From NCBI GenBank assembly GCA_964035545.1, contig CAXIUT010000230.1, positions 62,001 through 126,000 of the forward strand: a DNA stretch of 64,000 nt. The letters run 5' to 3'. This document shows positions 30,841 through 49,100 of the stretch, in pieces; position 1 is the first letter of the stretch, and every line of letters starts with the position of its first letter. The DNA is from Bugula neritina. Lineage: Eukaryota; Animalia; Bryozoa. Under the pieces are notes generated by a model. It made no database searches, had not been told where the DNA came from, and saw nothing but the letters and a program-made list of their open reading frames with translations. A program made the translations under genes and the position numbers.

Positions 30841-33085
30841 AACACAGTGAAATATACTGCAATGTACCGAAATATATGGTGAACTGCTGAAATATACTGT
30901 CACACATTGAAAAATACTGCAACATACTGAAATATACTGCGACACATTGCAATATACTGTAACATACTGAAATATGCTGTAGCACACTGAAACACACTGC
31001 AACTCACTGAAATATACTGCAACATACTGAAATACACTGTAACATATTGAAATATACTGCAACATACTGAAATACAGTGCTACATACTGAAATATACTGC
31101 AACATACTGCAACATACTGAAATACACTGTAACATACTGAAATACACTGCAACATACTACAACATATTGAAAGACACTGCAACACATTGAAATATACTGC
31201 AACATACCTAAATATACGGTAATATACAGAAATATACTGTAACACATTGAAAAACACTGCAACATACTGAAATACACTGCAACACACTGAAATACACCGC
31301 AAAATACTACAATATACTGAAATGCACTGTAACATATTGAAATACACTGCAACACATTGAAATATACTGCAATGTGCCGAAATATATGGTAAACTACAGA
31401 AATATACTGACACACATCGCAATATACTGTAACATACTGAAATATGCTGTAGCACACTGAAATACACTGCAACTCACTGAAATATACTGCAACATACTGA
31501 AATACCCTGTAACATATTGAAATATACTGCAACATACTGCAACATACTGAAATACATTGCAACACACTGAAATACACTGCAAAACACTGTAACACACTGA
31601 AATATACTGCAATGTACCGAAATATATGGTGAACTACTGAAATATACTGTCACACATTGAAAAATACTGCAACATACTGAAATATACTGCGACACATTGC
31701 AATATACTGTAACATACTGACATATGCTGTAGCACACTGAAATACACTGCAACTCACTGAAATATACTGCAACATACTGAAATACACTTCAACACATTGA
31801 AATATACTGCAACATACTGAAATACAGTGCTACATACTGAAATATACTGCAACATACTGCAACATAGTGAAATACACTGTAACATACTGAAATACACTGC
31901 AACATACTGCAACATACTGAAATACACTGCAACACACTGAAATACACTGCAAAATACTGTAACACACTGAAATATACTGCAATACACTGCAACATACCGC
32001 AACATACTAAAATATACTGCAACATACTGAAATACACTGCAAAATACTGAAATACACTTTAACATACTGAAATATACTGCAACATACTGAAATACACTGC
32101 TACATACTGAAATATACTGCAACACACTGCAACATACTGCAACATACTAAAATACACTGTAACATATTGAAATACACTGCAACACATTGAAATATACTGC
32201 AAAATACTGAAATACACTGCTACATACTGAAATATACTGCGACACACTGCAACATACTGCAACATACTAAAATATACTGCAACATACTGAAATACACTGC
32301 TAAATACTGAAATACACTGTAACATACTGAAACACACTGCAAAATACTACAACATATTGAAATACACTGCAATACATTGAAATATACTGCAACATACCTA
32401 AATATACGGTAATATACTGAAATATACTGTAACACATTGAAAAATACTACAAAATACTGAAATACACTGCAACATACTACAACATACTGAAATACGCTGT
32501 AATACATTGAAATACACTGCAACACCTTGAAATATACTGTAACTCGCTGAAACATACTGTAACTCACTGAAATATAGTGTAATATATGGAAATGTACTGT
32601 AAAATACTGGAATATACTGTAACACACTGAAATATACTGCAACATACTGAAATACACTGTAACATACTGAATTATACTGCAACATCCTGCAACATACTGA
32701 AATACACTGTAACATACTGAAATACACTGCAACACACTGCAACATACTGCATCATACTAAAATATACTGCAACATACTGAAATACACTGCAAAATACTGA
32801 AATACACTGTAACACACTGAAATATACTGCAACATACTGCAACATACTAAAATATGCTGCAACATACTGAAATACACTGCAAAATACTGAAATACACTAT
32901 AACATACTGAAATATACTGCAACACACTGCAACATACCGCAACATGCTAAAATATACTGCAACATACTGAAATACACTGCAAAATACTGAAATACACTGT
33001 AACATACTGAAATATACTGCAACATACTGAAATACACTGCTACATACTGAAATATACTGCAACACACTGCAACATACTGCAACAT
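30825..33085. repeat. Partial copy (~2.25 kb) of ~24160-26420 at offset 6667
   Basis: ORF pairs 24413/31080, 25392/32059 and 25553/32220. Shares the TGAAATACCC and TGCATCATAC variants. Confidence 0.85.
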
Positions 33086-33089
33086 ACTG

Positions 33090-36000
33090 AAATACACTGC
33101 AACACATTGAAATATACTGTAACATACCTAAATATACGGTAATATACCAAAATATACTGTAACACATTTAAAAAAACTGCAACATACTGAAATACACTGC
33201 AACACACTGAAATACACTGCAAAATACTGTAACACACTGAAATATACTGCAATATACTGAAATACACTGCAAAATACTGAAATACACTTCAACATACTGA
33301 AATTTACTGCAACATACTGAAATACACTGCTACATACTGAAATATACTGCAACACACTGCAACATACTGCAACATACTAAAATACACTGTAACATATTGA
33401 AATACATTGCAACACATTGAAATATACTGCAAAATACTGAAATACACTGCTACATACTGAAATATACTGCGACACACTGCAACACACTGAAATACACTGC
33501 AAAATACTGTAACACACTGAAATATACTGCAATACACTGCAACATACCGCAACATACTAAAATATACTGCAACATACTGAAATACACTGCAAAATACTGA
33601 AATACACTTTAACATACTGAAATATACTGCAACATACTGAAATACACTGCTACATACTGAAATATACTGCAACACACTGCAACATACTGCAACATACTAA
33701 AATACACTGTAACATATTGAAATACACTGCAACACATTGAAATATACTGCAAAATACTGAAATACACTGCTACATACTGAAATATACTGCGACACACTGC
33801 AACATACTGCAACATACTAAAATATACTGCAACATACTGAAATACACTGCTAAATACTGAAATACACTGTAACATACTGAAACACACTGCAAAATACTAC
33901 AACATATTGAAATACACTGCAATACATTGAAATATACTGCAACATACCTAAATATACGGTAATATACTGAAATATACTGTAACACATTGAAAAATACTAC
34001 AAAATACTGAAATACACTGCAACATACTACAACATACTGAAATACGCTGTAATACATTGAAATACACTGCAACACCTTGAAATATACTGTAACTCGCTGA
34101 AACATACTGTAACTCACTGAAATATAGTGTAATATATGGAAATGTACTGTAAAATACTGGAATATACTGTAACACACTGAAATATACTGCAACATACTGA
34201 AATACACTGTAACATACTGAATTATACTGCAACATCCTGCAACATACTGAAATACACTGTAACATACTGAAATACACTGCAACACACTGCAACATACTGC
34301 AACATACTAAAATATACTGCAACATACTGAAATACACTGCAAAATACTGAAATACACTGTAACACACTGAAATATACTGCAACATACTGCAACATACTAA
34401 AATATGCTGCAACACACTGAAATACACTGCAAAATACTGAAATACACTATAACATACTGAAATATACTGCAACACACTGCAACATACCGCAACATGCTAA
34501 AATATACTGCAACATACTGAAATACACTGCAAAATACTGAAATACACTGTAACATACTGAAATATACTGCAACATACTGAAATACACTGCTACATACTGA
34601 AATATACTGCAACACACTGCAACATACTGCAACATACTAAAATACACTGCAACATAATGAAATACACTGCAACACATTGAAATATACTGCATGCAAATTA
34701 CTGAAATACACTGCTACATACTGAAATATACTGCAACACACTGCAACATACTGCAACATACTAAAATATACTGCAACATACTGAAATACACTGCAAAATA
34801 CTGAAATACACTGTAACATACTGAAATATACTGCAACACACTGCAACATACTGCAACATACTAAAATACACTGTAACATATTGAAATACACTGCAACACA
34901 GTGAAATATACTGCAATGTACCGAAATATATGGTGAACTGCTGAAATATACTGTCACACATTGAAAAATACTGCAACATACTGAAATATACTGTAACATA
35001 CTGAAATACGCTGTAGCACACTGAAATACACTGCAACTCACTGAAATATACTGCACCCTACTGAAATACACTATAACATATTGAAAAATACTGCAGCATA
35101 GTGCAACATACTGAAATACACTGTAACATACTGAAATACACTGCAAAATACTACAACATATTGAAATACACTGCAACACATTGAAATATACTGCAACATA
35201 CCTAAATATACGGTAAGATACTGAAATAAACTGTAACACATTGAAAAATACTGCAACATACTGAAAGATACTGCAAGATACTGCAACATACTGAACTACA
35301 CTGTAACATAATGAAACACACTGCAACATACTGTATTATACTGACATGCACTGGAACATATTGAAATACACTGCAACAAATTGAAGTATACTGCAACACA
35401 CTGAAACATACGGCAACATACTGAAATATACTGCAACAGATTGATATATACAGCAACATACTGAAATATACTGCGAAACAATGCAATATACTGTAACATA
35501 CTGAAATATGCTGTAGCACACTGAAATACACTGCAACTCACTGAAATATCCCGCAACATACTGAAATACACTGTAACATATTGAAATATACTGCAACATA
35601 CTGCAACATACTGAAATACACTGGAACATATTGAAATACACTGCAACAAATTGAAGTATACTGCAACACACTGAAACACACTGAAATACACCGCAAAACA
35701 CTACAACATACTGAAACATATTGCAACATACTGAAATACACTACTACATACTGAAATATACTGCAACATACTGCACCATACTGAAATACACTGTAACATA
35801 CTAGAATACACTGCAACATACTACAACATATTGAAATACACTGCAACACATTGAAATATACTGCAACATACCTAAATATACGTTAATATACTGAAATATA
35901 CTGTAACACATTGAAAAACACTGCAACATACTGAAATACACTGCAACACACTAAAATACACCGCCAAATACTACAACATACTGAAATGCACTGTAACATA

Positions 36001-37140
36001 TTGAAATACACTGCAACACATTGAAATATACTGTAACATACCTAAATATACGGTAATATACCAAAATATACTGTAACACATTTGAAAATACTGCAACATA
36101 CTGAAATACACTGCAACACACTGAAATACACTGCAAAATACTGTAACACACTGAAATATGCTGCAATACACTGCAACATACTGCAACATACTAAAATATA
36201 CTGCAACATACTGAAATACACTGCAAAATACTGAAATACACTTTAACATACTGAAATATACTGCAACATACTGAAATACACTGCTACATACTGAAATATA
36301 CTGCAACACACTGCAACATTGTGCAACATACTAAAATACACTGTAACATATTGAAATACACTGCAACACATTGAAATATACTGCAAAATACTGAAATACA
36401 CTGCTACATACTGAAATATACTGCGACACACTGCAACATACTGCAACATACTAAAATATTCTGCAACATACTGAAATACACTGTAACATACTGAAATATA
36501 CTGCAACATACTGAAATACATTGCTACATACTGAAATATACTGCAACACACTGCAACATACTGCAACATACTAAAATATACTGCAACATACTGAAATATA
36601 CTGCAACATACTAAAATACACTGTAACATATTGAAATACACTGCAACACATTGAAATATACTGCAATGTACCGAAATATATGGTAAACTACTGAAATATA
36701 CTGTCACACATTGAAAAATACTGCAACATACTGAAATATACTGCGACACATTGCAATATACTGTAACATACTGAAATATGCTGTAGCACACTGAAATACA
36801 CTGCAACTCACTGAAATATACTGCAACATACTGAAATACACTTCAACACATTGAAATATACTGCAACATACTGAAATACAGTGCTACATACTAAAATATA
36901 CTGCAACATACTGCAACATAGTGAAATACACTGTAACATACTGAAATACACTGCAACATACTACAACATACTGAAATACACTGCAACACATTGAAATATA
37001 CTGTAACATACCTAAATATACGATAATATACCAAAATATACTGTAACACATTTAAAAAAACTGCAACATACTGAAATACACTGCAACACACTGAAATACA
37101 CTGCAAAATACTGTAACACACTGAAATATACTGCAATATA
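33090..37140. repeat. Copy of ~4477-8527 (3884-type unit) at offset 28613
   Basis: ORF pairs 4515/33128, 4996/33609, 6024/34637, 7630/36243. The variant TGCACCCTAC TGAAATACAC TATAAC is shared with ~6439 and ~30718. Confidence 0.85.
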
Positions 37141-37149
37141 CTGAAATAC

Positions 37150-40100
37150 ACTGTAACATACTGAATTATACTGCAACATCCTGCAACATACTGAAATACA
37201 CTGTAACATACTGAAATACACTGCAACACACTGCAACATACTGCATCATACTAAAATATACTGCAACATACTGAAATACACTGCAAAATACTGAAATACA
37301 CTGTAACACACTGAAATATACTGCAACATACTGCAACATACTAAAATATGCTGCAACATACTGAAATACACTGCAAAATACTGAAATACACTATAACATA
37401 CTGAAATATACTGCAACACACTGCAACATACCGCAACATGCTAAAATATACTGCAACATACTGAAATACACTGCAAAATACTGAAATACACTGTAACATA
37501 CTGAAATATACTGCAACATACTGAAATACACTGCTACATACTGAAATATACTGCAACACACTGCAACATACTGCAACATACTAAAATACACTGCAACATA
37601 ATGAAATACACTGCAACACATTGAAATATACTGCATGCAAATTACTGAAATACACTGCTACATACTGAAATATACTGCAACACACTGCAACATACTGCAA
37701 CATACTAAAATATACTGCAACATACTGAAATACACTGCAAAATACTGAAATACACTGTAACATACTGAAATATACTGCAACACACTGCAACATACTGCAA
37801 CATACTAAAATACACTGTAACATATTGAAATACACTGCAACACAGTGAAATATACTGCAATGTACCGAAATATATGGTGAACTGCTGAAATATACTGTCA
37901 CACATTGAAAAATACTGCAACATACTGAAATATACTGTAACATACTGAAATACGCTGTAGCACACTGAAATACACTGCAACTCACTGAAATATACTGCAC
38001 CCTACTGAAATACACTGTAACATATTGAAAAATACTGCAGCATAGTGCAACATACTGAAATACACTGTAACATACTGAAATACACTGCAAAATACTACAA
38101 CATATTGAAATACACTGCAACACATTGAAATATACTGCAACATACCTAAATATACGGTAAGATACTGAAATAAACTGTAACACATTGAAAAATACTGCAA
38201 CATACTGAAAGATACTGCAAGATACTGCAACATACTGAACTACACTGTAACATAATGAAACACACTGCAACATACTGTATTATACTGACATGCACTGGAA
38301 CATATTGAAATACACTGCAACAAATTGAAGTATACTGCAACACACTGAAACATACGGCAACATACTGAAATATACTGCAACAGATTGATATATACAGCAA
38401 CATACTGAAATATACTGCGAAACAATGCAATATACTGTAACATACTGAAATATGCTGTAGCACACTGAAATACACTGCAACTCACTGAAATATCCCGCAA
38501 CATACTGAAATACACTGTAACATATTGAAATATACTGCAACATACTGCAACATACTGAAATACACTGGAACATATTGAAATACACTGCAACAAATTGAAG
38601 TATACTGCAACACACTGAAACACACTGAAATACACCGCAAAACACTACAACATACTGAAACATATTGCAACATACTGAAATACACTACTACATACTGAAA
38701 TATACTGCAACATACTGCACCATACTGAAATACACTGTAACATACTAGAATACACTGCAACATACTACAACATATTGAAATACACTGCAACACATTGAAA
38801 TATACTGCAACATACCTAAATATACGTTAATATACTGAAATATACTGTAACACATTGAAAAACACTGCAACATACTGAAATACACTGCAACACACTAAAA
38901 TACACCGCCAAATACTACAACATACTGAAATGCACTGTAACATATTGAAATACACTGCAACACATTGAAATATACTGTAACATACCTAAATATACGGTAA
39001 TATACCAAAATATACTGTAACACATTTGAAAATACTGCAACATACTGAAATACACTGCAACACACTGAAATACACTGCAAAATACTGTAACACACTGAAA
39101 TATGCTGCAATACACTGCAACATACTGCAACATACTAAAATATACTGCAACATACTGAAATACACTGCAAAATACTGAAATACACTTTAACATACTGAAA
39201 TATACTGCAACATACTGAAATACACTGCTACATACTGAAATATACTGCAACACACTGCAACATTGTGCAACATACTAAAATACACTGTAACATATTGAAA
39301 TACACTGCAACACATTGAAATATACTGCAAAATACTGAAATACACTGCTACATACTGAAATATACTGCGACACACTGCAACATACTGCAACATACTAAAA
39401 TATTCTGCAACATACTGAAATACACTGTAACATACTGAAATATACTGCAACATACTGAAATACATTGCTACATACTGAAATATACTGCAACACACTGCAA
39501 CATACTGCAACATACTAAAATATACTGCAACATACTGAAATATACTGCAACATACTAAAATACACTGTAACATATTGAAATACACTGCAACACATTGAAA
39601 TATACTGCAATGTACCGAAATATATGGTAAACTACTGAAATATACTGTCACACATTGAAAAATACTGCAACATACTGAAATATACTGCGACACATTGCAA
39701 TATACTGTAACATACTGAAATATGCTGTAGCACACTGAAATACACTGCAACTCACTGAAATATACTGCAACATACTGAAATACACTTCAACACATTGAAA
39801 TATACTGCAACATACTGAAATACAGTGCTACATACTAAAATATACTGCAACATACTGCAACATAGTGAAATACACTGTAACATACTGAAATACACTGCAA
39901 CATACTACAACATACTGAAATACACTGCAACACATTGAAATATACTGTAACATACCTAAATATACGGTAATATACCAAAATATACTGTAACACATTTAAA
40001 AAAACTGCAACATACTGAAATACACTGCAACACACTGAAATACACTGCAAAATACTGTAACACACTGAAATATACTGCAATATACTGAAATACACTGCAA

Positions 40101-43100
40101 AATACTGAAATACACTTCAACATACTGAAATTTACTGCAACATACTGAAATACACTGCTACATACTGAAATATACTGCAACACACTGCAACATACTGCAA
40201 CATACTAAAATACACTGTAACATATTGAAATACATTGCAACACATTGAAATATACTGCAAAATACTGAAATACACTGCTACATACTGAAATATACTGCGA
40301 CACACTGCAACACACTGAAATACACTGCAAAATACTGTAACACACTGAAATATACTGCAATACACTGCAACATACCGCAACATACTAAAATATACTGCAA
40401 CATACTGAAATACACTGCAAAATACTGAAATACACTTTAACATACTGAAATATACTGCAACATACTGAAATACACTGCTACATACTGAAATATACTGCAA
40501 CACACTGCAACATACTGCAACATACTAAAATACACTGTAACATATTGAAATACACTGCAACACATTGAAATATACTGCAAAATACTGAAATACACTGCTA
40601 CATACTGAAATATACTGCGACACACTGCAACATACTGCAACATACTAAAATATACTGCAACATACTGAAATACACTGCTAAATACTGAAATACACTGTAA
40701 CATACTGAAACACACTGCAAAATACTACAACATATTGAAATACACTGCAATACATTGAAATATACTGCAACATACCTAAATATACGGTAATATACTGAAA
40801 TATACTGTAACACATTGAAAAATACTACAAAATACTGAAATACACTGCAACATACTACAACATACTGAAATACGCTGTAATACATTGAAATACACTGCAA
40901 CACCTTGAAATATACTGTAACTCGCTGAAACATACTGTAACTCACTGAAATATAGTGTAATATATGGAAATGTACTGTAAAATACTGGAATATACTGTAA
41001 CACACTGAAATATACTGCAACATACTGAAATACACTGTAACATACTGAATTATACTGCAACATCCTGCAACATACTGAAATACACTGTAACATACTGAAA
41101 TACACTGCAACACACTGCAACATACTGCAACATACTAAAATATACTGCAACATACTGAAATACACTGCAAAATACTGAAATACACTGTAACACACTGAAA
41201 TATACTGCAACATACTGCAACATACTAAAATATGCTGCAACATACTGAAATACACTGCAAAATACTGAAATACACTATAACATACTGAAATATACTGCAA
41301 CACACTGCAACATACCGCAACATGCTAAAATATACTGCAACATACTGAAATACACTGCAAAATACTGAAATACACTGTAACATACTGAAATATACTGCAA
41401 CATACTGAAATACACTGCTACATACTGAAATATACTGCAACACACTGCAACATACTGCAACATACTAAAATACACTGCAACATAATGAAATACACTGCAA
41501 CACATTGAAATATACTGCATGCAAATTACTGAAATACACTGCTACATACTGAAATATACTGCAACACACTGCAACATACTGCAACATACTAAAATATACT
41601 GCAACATACTGAAATACACTGCAAAATACTGAAATACACTGTAACATACTGAAATATACTGCAACACACTGCAACATACTGCAACATACTAAAATACACT
41701 GTAACATATTGAAATACACTGCAACACAGTGAAATATACTGCAATGTACCGAAATATATGGTGAACTGCTGAAATATACTGTCACACATTGAAAAATACT
41801 GCAACATACTGAAATATACTGTAACATACTGAAATACGCTGTAGCACACTGAAATACACTGCAACTCACTGAAATATACTGCACCCTACTGAAATACACT
41901 ATAACATATTGAAAAATACTGCAGCATAGTGCAACATACTGAAATACACTGTAACATACTGAAATACACTGCAAAATACTACAACATATTGAAATACACT
42001 GCAACACATTGAAATATACTGCAACATACCTAAATATACGGTAAGATACTGAAATAAACTGTAACACATTGAAAAATACTGCAACATACTGAAAGATACT
42101 GCAAGATACTGCAACATACTGAACTACACTGTAACATAATGAAACACACTGCAACATACTGTATTATACTGACATGCACTGGAACATATTGAAATACACT
42201 GCAACAAATTGAAGTATACTGCAACACACTGAAACATACGGCAACATACTGAAATATACTGCAACAGATTGATATATACAGCAACATACTGAAATATACT
42301 GCGAAACAATGCAATATACTGTAACATACTGAAATATGCTGTAGCACACTGAAATACACTGCAACTCACTGAAATATCCCGCAACATACTGAAATACACT
42401 GTAACATATTGAAATATACTGCAACATACTGCAACATACTGAAATACACTGGAACATATTGAAATACACTGCAACAAATTGAAGTATACTGCAACACACT
42501 GAAACACACTGAAATACACCGCAAAACACTACAACATACTGAAACATATTGCAACATACTGAAATACACTACTACATACTGAAATATACTGCAACATACT
42601 GCACCATACTGAAATACACTGTAACATACTAGAATACACTGCAACATACTACAACATATTGAAATACACTGCAACACATTGAAATATACTGCAACATACC
42701 TAAATATACGTTAATATACTGAAATATACTGTAACACATTGAAAAACACTGCAACATACTGAAATACACTGCAACACACTAAAATACACCGCCAAATACT
42801 ACAACATACTGAAATGCACTGTAACATATTGAAATACACTGCAACACATTGAAATATACTGTAACATACCTAAATATACGGTAATATACCAAAATATACT
42901 GTAACACATTTGAAAATACTGCAACATACTGAAATACACTGCAACACACTGAAATACACTGCAAAATACTGTAACACACTGAAATATGCTGCAATACACT
43001 GCAACATACTGCAACATACTAAAATATACTGCAACATACTGAAATACACTGCAAAATACTGAAATACACTTTAACATACTGAAATATACTGCAACATACT

Positions 43101-46100
43101 GAAATACACTGCTACATACTGAAATATACTGCAACACACTGCAACATTGTGCAACATACTAAAATACACTGTAACATATTGAAATACACTGCAACACATT
43201 GAAATATACTGCAAAATACTGAAATACACTGCTACATACTGAAATATACTGCGACACACTGCAACATACTGCAACATACTAAAATATTCTGCAACATACT
43301 GAAATACACTGTAACATACTGAAATATACTGCAACATACTGAAATACATTGCTACATACTGAAATATACTGCAACACACTGCAACATACTGCAACATACT
43401 AAAATATACTGCAACATACTGAAATATACTGCAACATACTAAAATACACTGTAACATATTGAAATACACTGCAACACATTGAAATATACTGCAATGTACC
43501 GAAATATATGGTAAACTACTGAAATATACTGTCACACATTGAAAAATACTGCAACATACTGAAATATACTGCGACACATTGCAATATACTGTAACATACT
43601 GAAATATGCTGTAGCACACTGAAATACACTGCAACTCACTGAAATATACTGCAACATACTGAAATACACTTCAACACATTGAAATATACTGCAACATACT
43701 GAAATACAGTGCTACATACTAAAATATACTGCAACATACTGCAACATAGTGAAATACACTGTAACATACTGAAATACACTGCAACATACTACAACATACT
43801 GAAATACACTGCAACACATTGAAATATACTGTAACATACCTAAATATACGGTAATATACCAAAATATACTGTAACACATTTAAAAAAACTGCAACATACT
43901 GAAATACACTGCAACACACTGAAATACACTGCAAAATACTGTAACACACTGAAATATACTGCAATATACTGAAATACACTGCAAAATACTGAAATACACT
44001 TCAACATACTGAAATTTACTGCAACATACTGAAATACACTGCTACATACTGAAATATACTGCAACACACTGCAACATACTGCAACATACTAAAATACACT
44101 GTAACATATTGAAATACATTGCAACACATTGAAATATACTGCAAAATACTGAAATACACTGCTACATACTGAAATATACTGCGACACACTGCAACATACT
44201 GCAACATACTAAAATATACTGCAACATATTGAAATACACTGCTAAATACTGAAATACACCGTAACATACTGAAATACACTGCAAAATACTACAACATATT
44301 GAAATACACTGCAATACATTGAAATATACTGCAACATACCTAAATATACGGTAATATACTGAAATATACTGTAACACATTGAAAAATACTACAAAATACT
44401 GAAATACACTGCAACATACTACAACATACTGAAATACGCTGTAATACATTGAAATACACTGCAACACATTGAAATACACTGTAACGCGCTGAAACATACT
44501 GTAACTCACTGAAATATAGTGTAATGTACGGAAATGTACTGGAAAATACTGGAATATACTGTAACATACTGAAATATACTGCAACATACTGAAATACACT
44601 GTAACATACTGAATTATACTGCAACATCCTGCAACATACTGAAATACACTGTAACATACTGAAATACACTGCAACACACTGCAACATACTGCAACATACT
44701 AAAATATACTGCAACATACTGAAATACACTGCAAAATACTGAAATACACTGTAACACACTGAAATATACTGCAACATACTGCAACATACTAAAATATGCT
44801 GCAACATACTGAAATACACTGCAAAATACAGAAATACACTATAACATACTGAAATATACTGCAACATACTGAAATACACTGCTACATACTGAAATATACT
44901 GCAACACACTGCAACATACTGCAACATACTAAAATACACTGTAACATAATGAAATACACTGCAACACATTGAAATATACTGCATGCAAAATACTGAAATA
45001 CACTGCTACATACTGAAATATACTGCAACACACTGCAACATACTGCAACATACTAAAATATACTGCAACATACTGAAATACACTGCAAAATACTGAAATA
45101 CACTGTAACATACTGAAATATACTGCAACACACTGCAACATACTGCAACATACTAAAATACACTGTAACATATTGAAATACACTGCAACACAGTGAAATA
45201 TACTGCAATGTACCGAAATATATGGTGAACTGCTGAAATATACTGTCACACATTGAAAAATACTGCAACATACTGAAATATACTGCGACACATTGCAATA
45301 TACTGTAACATACTGAAATATGCTGTAGCACACTGAAACACACTGCAACTCACTGAAATATACTGCAACATACTGAAATACACTGTAACATATTGAAATA
45401 TACTGCAACATACTGAAATACAGTGCTACATACTGAAATATACTGCAACATACTGCAACATACTGAAATACACTGTAACATACTGAAATACACTGCAACA
45501 TACTACAACATATTGAAAGACACTGCAACACATTGAAATATACTGCAACATACTTAAATATACGGTAATATACAGAAATATACTGTAACACATTGAAAAA
45601 CACTGCAACATACTGAAATACACTGCAACACACTGAAATACACCGCAAAATACTACAACATACTGAAATGCACTGTAACATATTGAAATACACTGCAACA
45701 CATTGAAATATACTGCAATGTGCCGAAATATATGGTAAACTACAGAAATATACTGACACACATCGCAATATACTGTAACATACTGAAATATGCTGTAGCA
45801 CACTGAAATACACTGCAACTCACCTAAATATACTGCAACATACTGAAATACACTGTAACATATTGAAATATACTGCAACATACTGCAACATACTGAAATA
45901 CATTGCAACACACTGAAATACACTGCAAAACACTGTAACACACTGAAATATACTGCAATGTACCGAAATATATGGTGAACTACTGAAATATACTGTCACA
46001 CATTGAAAAATACTGCAACATACTGAAATATACTGCGACACATTGCAATATACTGTAACATACTGACATATGCTGTAGCACACTGAAATACACTGCAACT

Positions 46101-49100
46101 CACTGAAATATACTGCAACACACTGCAACATACTGCAACATACTAAAATATACTGCAACATACTGAAATACACTGCAAAATACTGAAATACACTGTAACA
46201 TACCGAAATATACTGCAACACACTGCAACATACTGCAACATACTAAAATACACTGTAACATATTGAAATACACTGCAACACAGTGAAATATACTGCAATG
46301 TACCGAAATATATGGTGAACTGCTGAAATATACTGTCACACATTGAAAAATACTGCAACATACTGAAATATACTGCGACACATTGCAATATACTGTAACA
46401 TACTGAAATATGCTGTAGCACACTGAAACACACTGCAACTCACTGAAATATACTGCAACATACTGAAATACACTGTAACATATTGAAATATACTGCAACA
46501 TACTGAAATACAGTGCTACATACTGAAATATACTGCAACATACTGCAACATACTGAAATACACTGTAACATACTGAAATACACTGCAACATACTACAACA
46601 TATTGAAAGACACTGCAACACATTGAAATATACTGCAACATACCTAAATATACGGTAATATACAGAAATATACTGTAACACATTGAAAAACACTGCAACA
46701 TACTGAAATACACTGCAACACACTGAAATACACCGCAAAATACTACAACATACTGAAATGCACTGTAACATATTGAAATACACTGCAACACATTGAAATA
46801 TACTGCAATGTGCCGAAATATATGGTAAACTACAGAAATATACTGACACACATCGCAATATACTGTAACATACTGAAATATGCTGTAGCACACTGAAATA
46901 CACTGCAACTCACTGAAATATACTGCAACATACTGAAATACACTGTAACATATTGAAATATACTGCAACATACTGCAACATACTGAAATACATTGCAACA
47001 CACTGAAATACACTGCAAAACACTGTAACACACTGAAATATACTGCAATGTACCGAAATATATGGTGAACTACTGAAATATACTGTCACACATTGAAAAT
47101 ACTGCAACATACTGAAATATACTGCGACACATTGCAATATACTGTAACATACTGACATATGCTGTAGCACACTGAAATACACTGCAACTCACTGAAATAT
47201 ACTGCAACATACTGAAATACACTTCAACACATTGAAATATACTGCAACATACTGAAATACAGTGCTACATACTGAAATATACTGCAACATACTGCAACAT
47301 AGTGAAATACACTGTAACATACTGAAATACACTGCAACATACTGCAACATACTGAAATACACTGCAACACACTGAAATACACTGCAAAATACTGTAACAC
47401 ACTGAAATATACTGCAATACACTGCAACATACCGCAACATACTAAAATATACTGCAACATACTGAAATACACTGCAAAATACTGAAATACACTTTAACAT
47501 ACTGAAATATACTGCAACATACTGAAATACACTGCTACATACTGAAATATACTGCAACACACTGCAACATACTGCAACATACTAAAATACACTGTAACAT
47601 ATTGAAATACACTGCAACACATTGAAATATACTGCAAAATACTGAAATACACTGCTACATACTGAAGTATACTGCGACACACTGCAACATACTGCAACAT
47701 ACTAAAATATACTGCAACATACTGAAATACACTGCTAAATACTGAAATACACTGTAACATACTGAAACACACTGCAAAATACTACAACATATTGAAATAC
47801 ACTGCAATACATTGAAATATACTGCAACATACCTAAATATACGGTAATATACTGAAATATACTGTAACACATTGAAAAATACTACAAAATACTGAAATAC
47901 ACTGCAACATACTACAACATACTGAAATACGCTGTAATACATTGAAATACACTGCAACACCTTGAAATATACTGTAACTCGCTGAAACATACTGTAACTC
48001 ACTGAAATATAGTGTAATATATGGAAATGTACTGTAAAATACTGGAATATACTGTAACACACTGAAATATACTGCAACATACTGAAATACACTGTAACAT
48101 AATGAATTATACTGCAACATCCTGCAACATACTGAAATACACTGTAACATACTGAAATACACTGCAACACACTGCAACATACTGCAACATACTAAAATAT
48201 ACTGCAACATACTGAAATACACTGCAAAATACTGAAATACACTGTAACACACTGAAATATACTGCAACATACTGCAACATACTAAAATATGCTGCAACAT
48301 ACTGAAATACACTGCAAAATACTGAAATACACTATAACATACTGAAATATACTGCAATACACTGCAACATACCGCAACATGCTAAAATATACTGCAACAT
48401 ACTGAAATACACCGCAAAATACTGAAATACACTGTAACATACTGAAATATACTGCAACATACTGAAATACACTGCTACATACTGAAATATACTGCAACAC
48501 ACTGCAACATACTGCAACATACTAAAATACACTGCAACATAATGAAATACACTGCAACACATTGAAATATACTGCATGCAAAATACTGAAATACACTGCT
48601 ACATACTGAAATATACTGCAACACACTGCAACATACTGCAACATACTAAAATATACTGCAACATACTGAAATACACTGCAAAATACTGAAATACACTGTA
48701 ACATACTGAAATATACTGCAACACACTGCAACATACTGCAACACACTAAAATACACTGTAACATATTGAAATACACTGCAACACAGTGAAATATACTGCA
48801 ATGTACCGAAATATATGGTGAACTGCTGAAATATACTGTCACACATTGAAAAATACTGCAACATACTGAAGTATACTGTAACATACTGAAATACGCTGTA
48901 GCACACTGAAATACACTGCAACTCACTGAAATATACTGCAACATACTGAAATACACTGTAACATATTGAAAAATACTGCAGCATAGTGCAACATACTGAA
49001 ATACACTGTAACATACTGAAATACACTGCAAAATACTACAACATATTGAAATACACTGCAACACATTGAAATATACTGCAACATACCTAAATATACGGTA

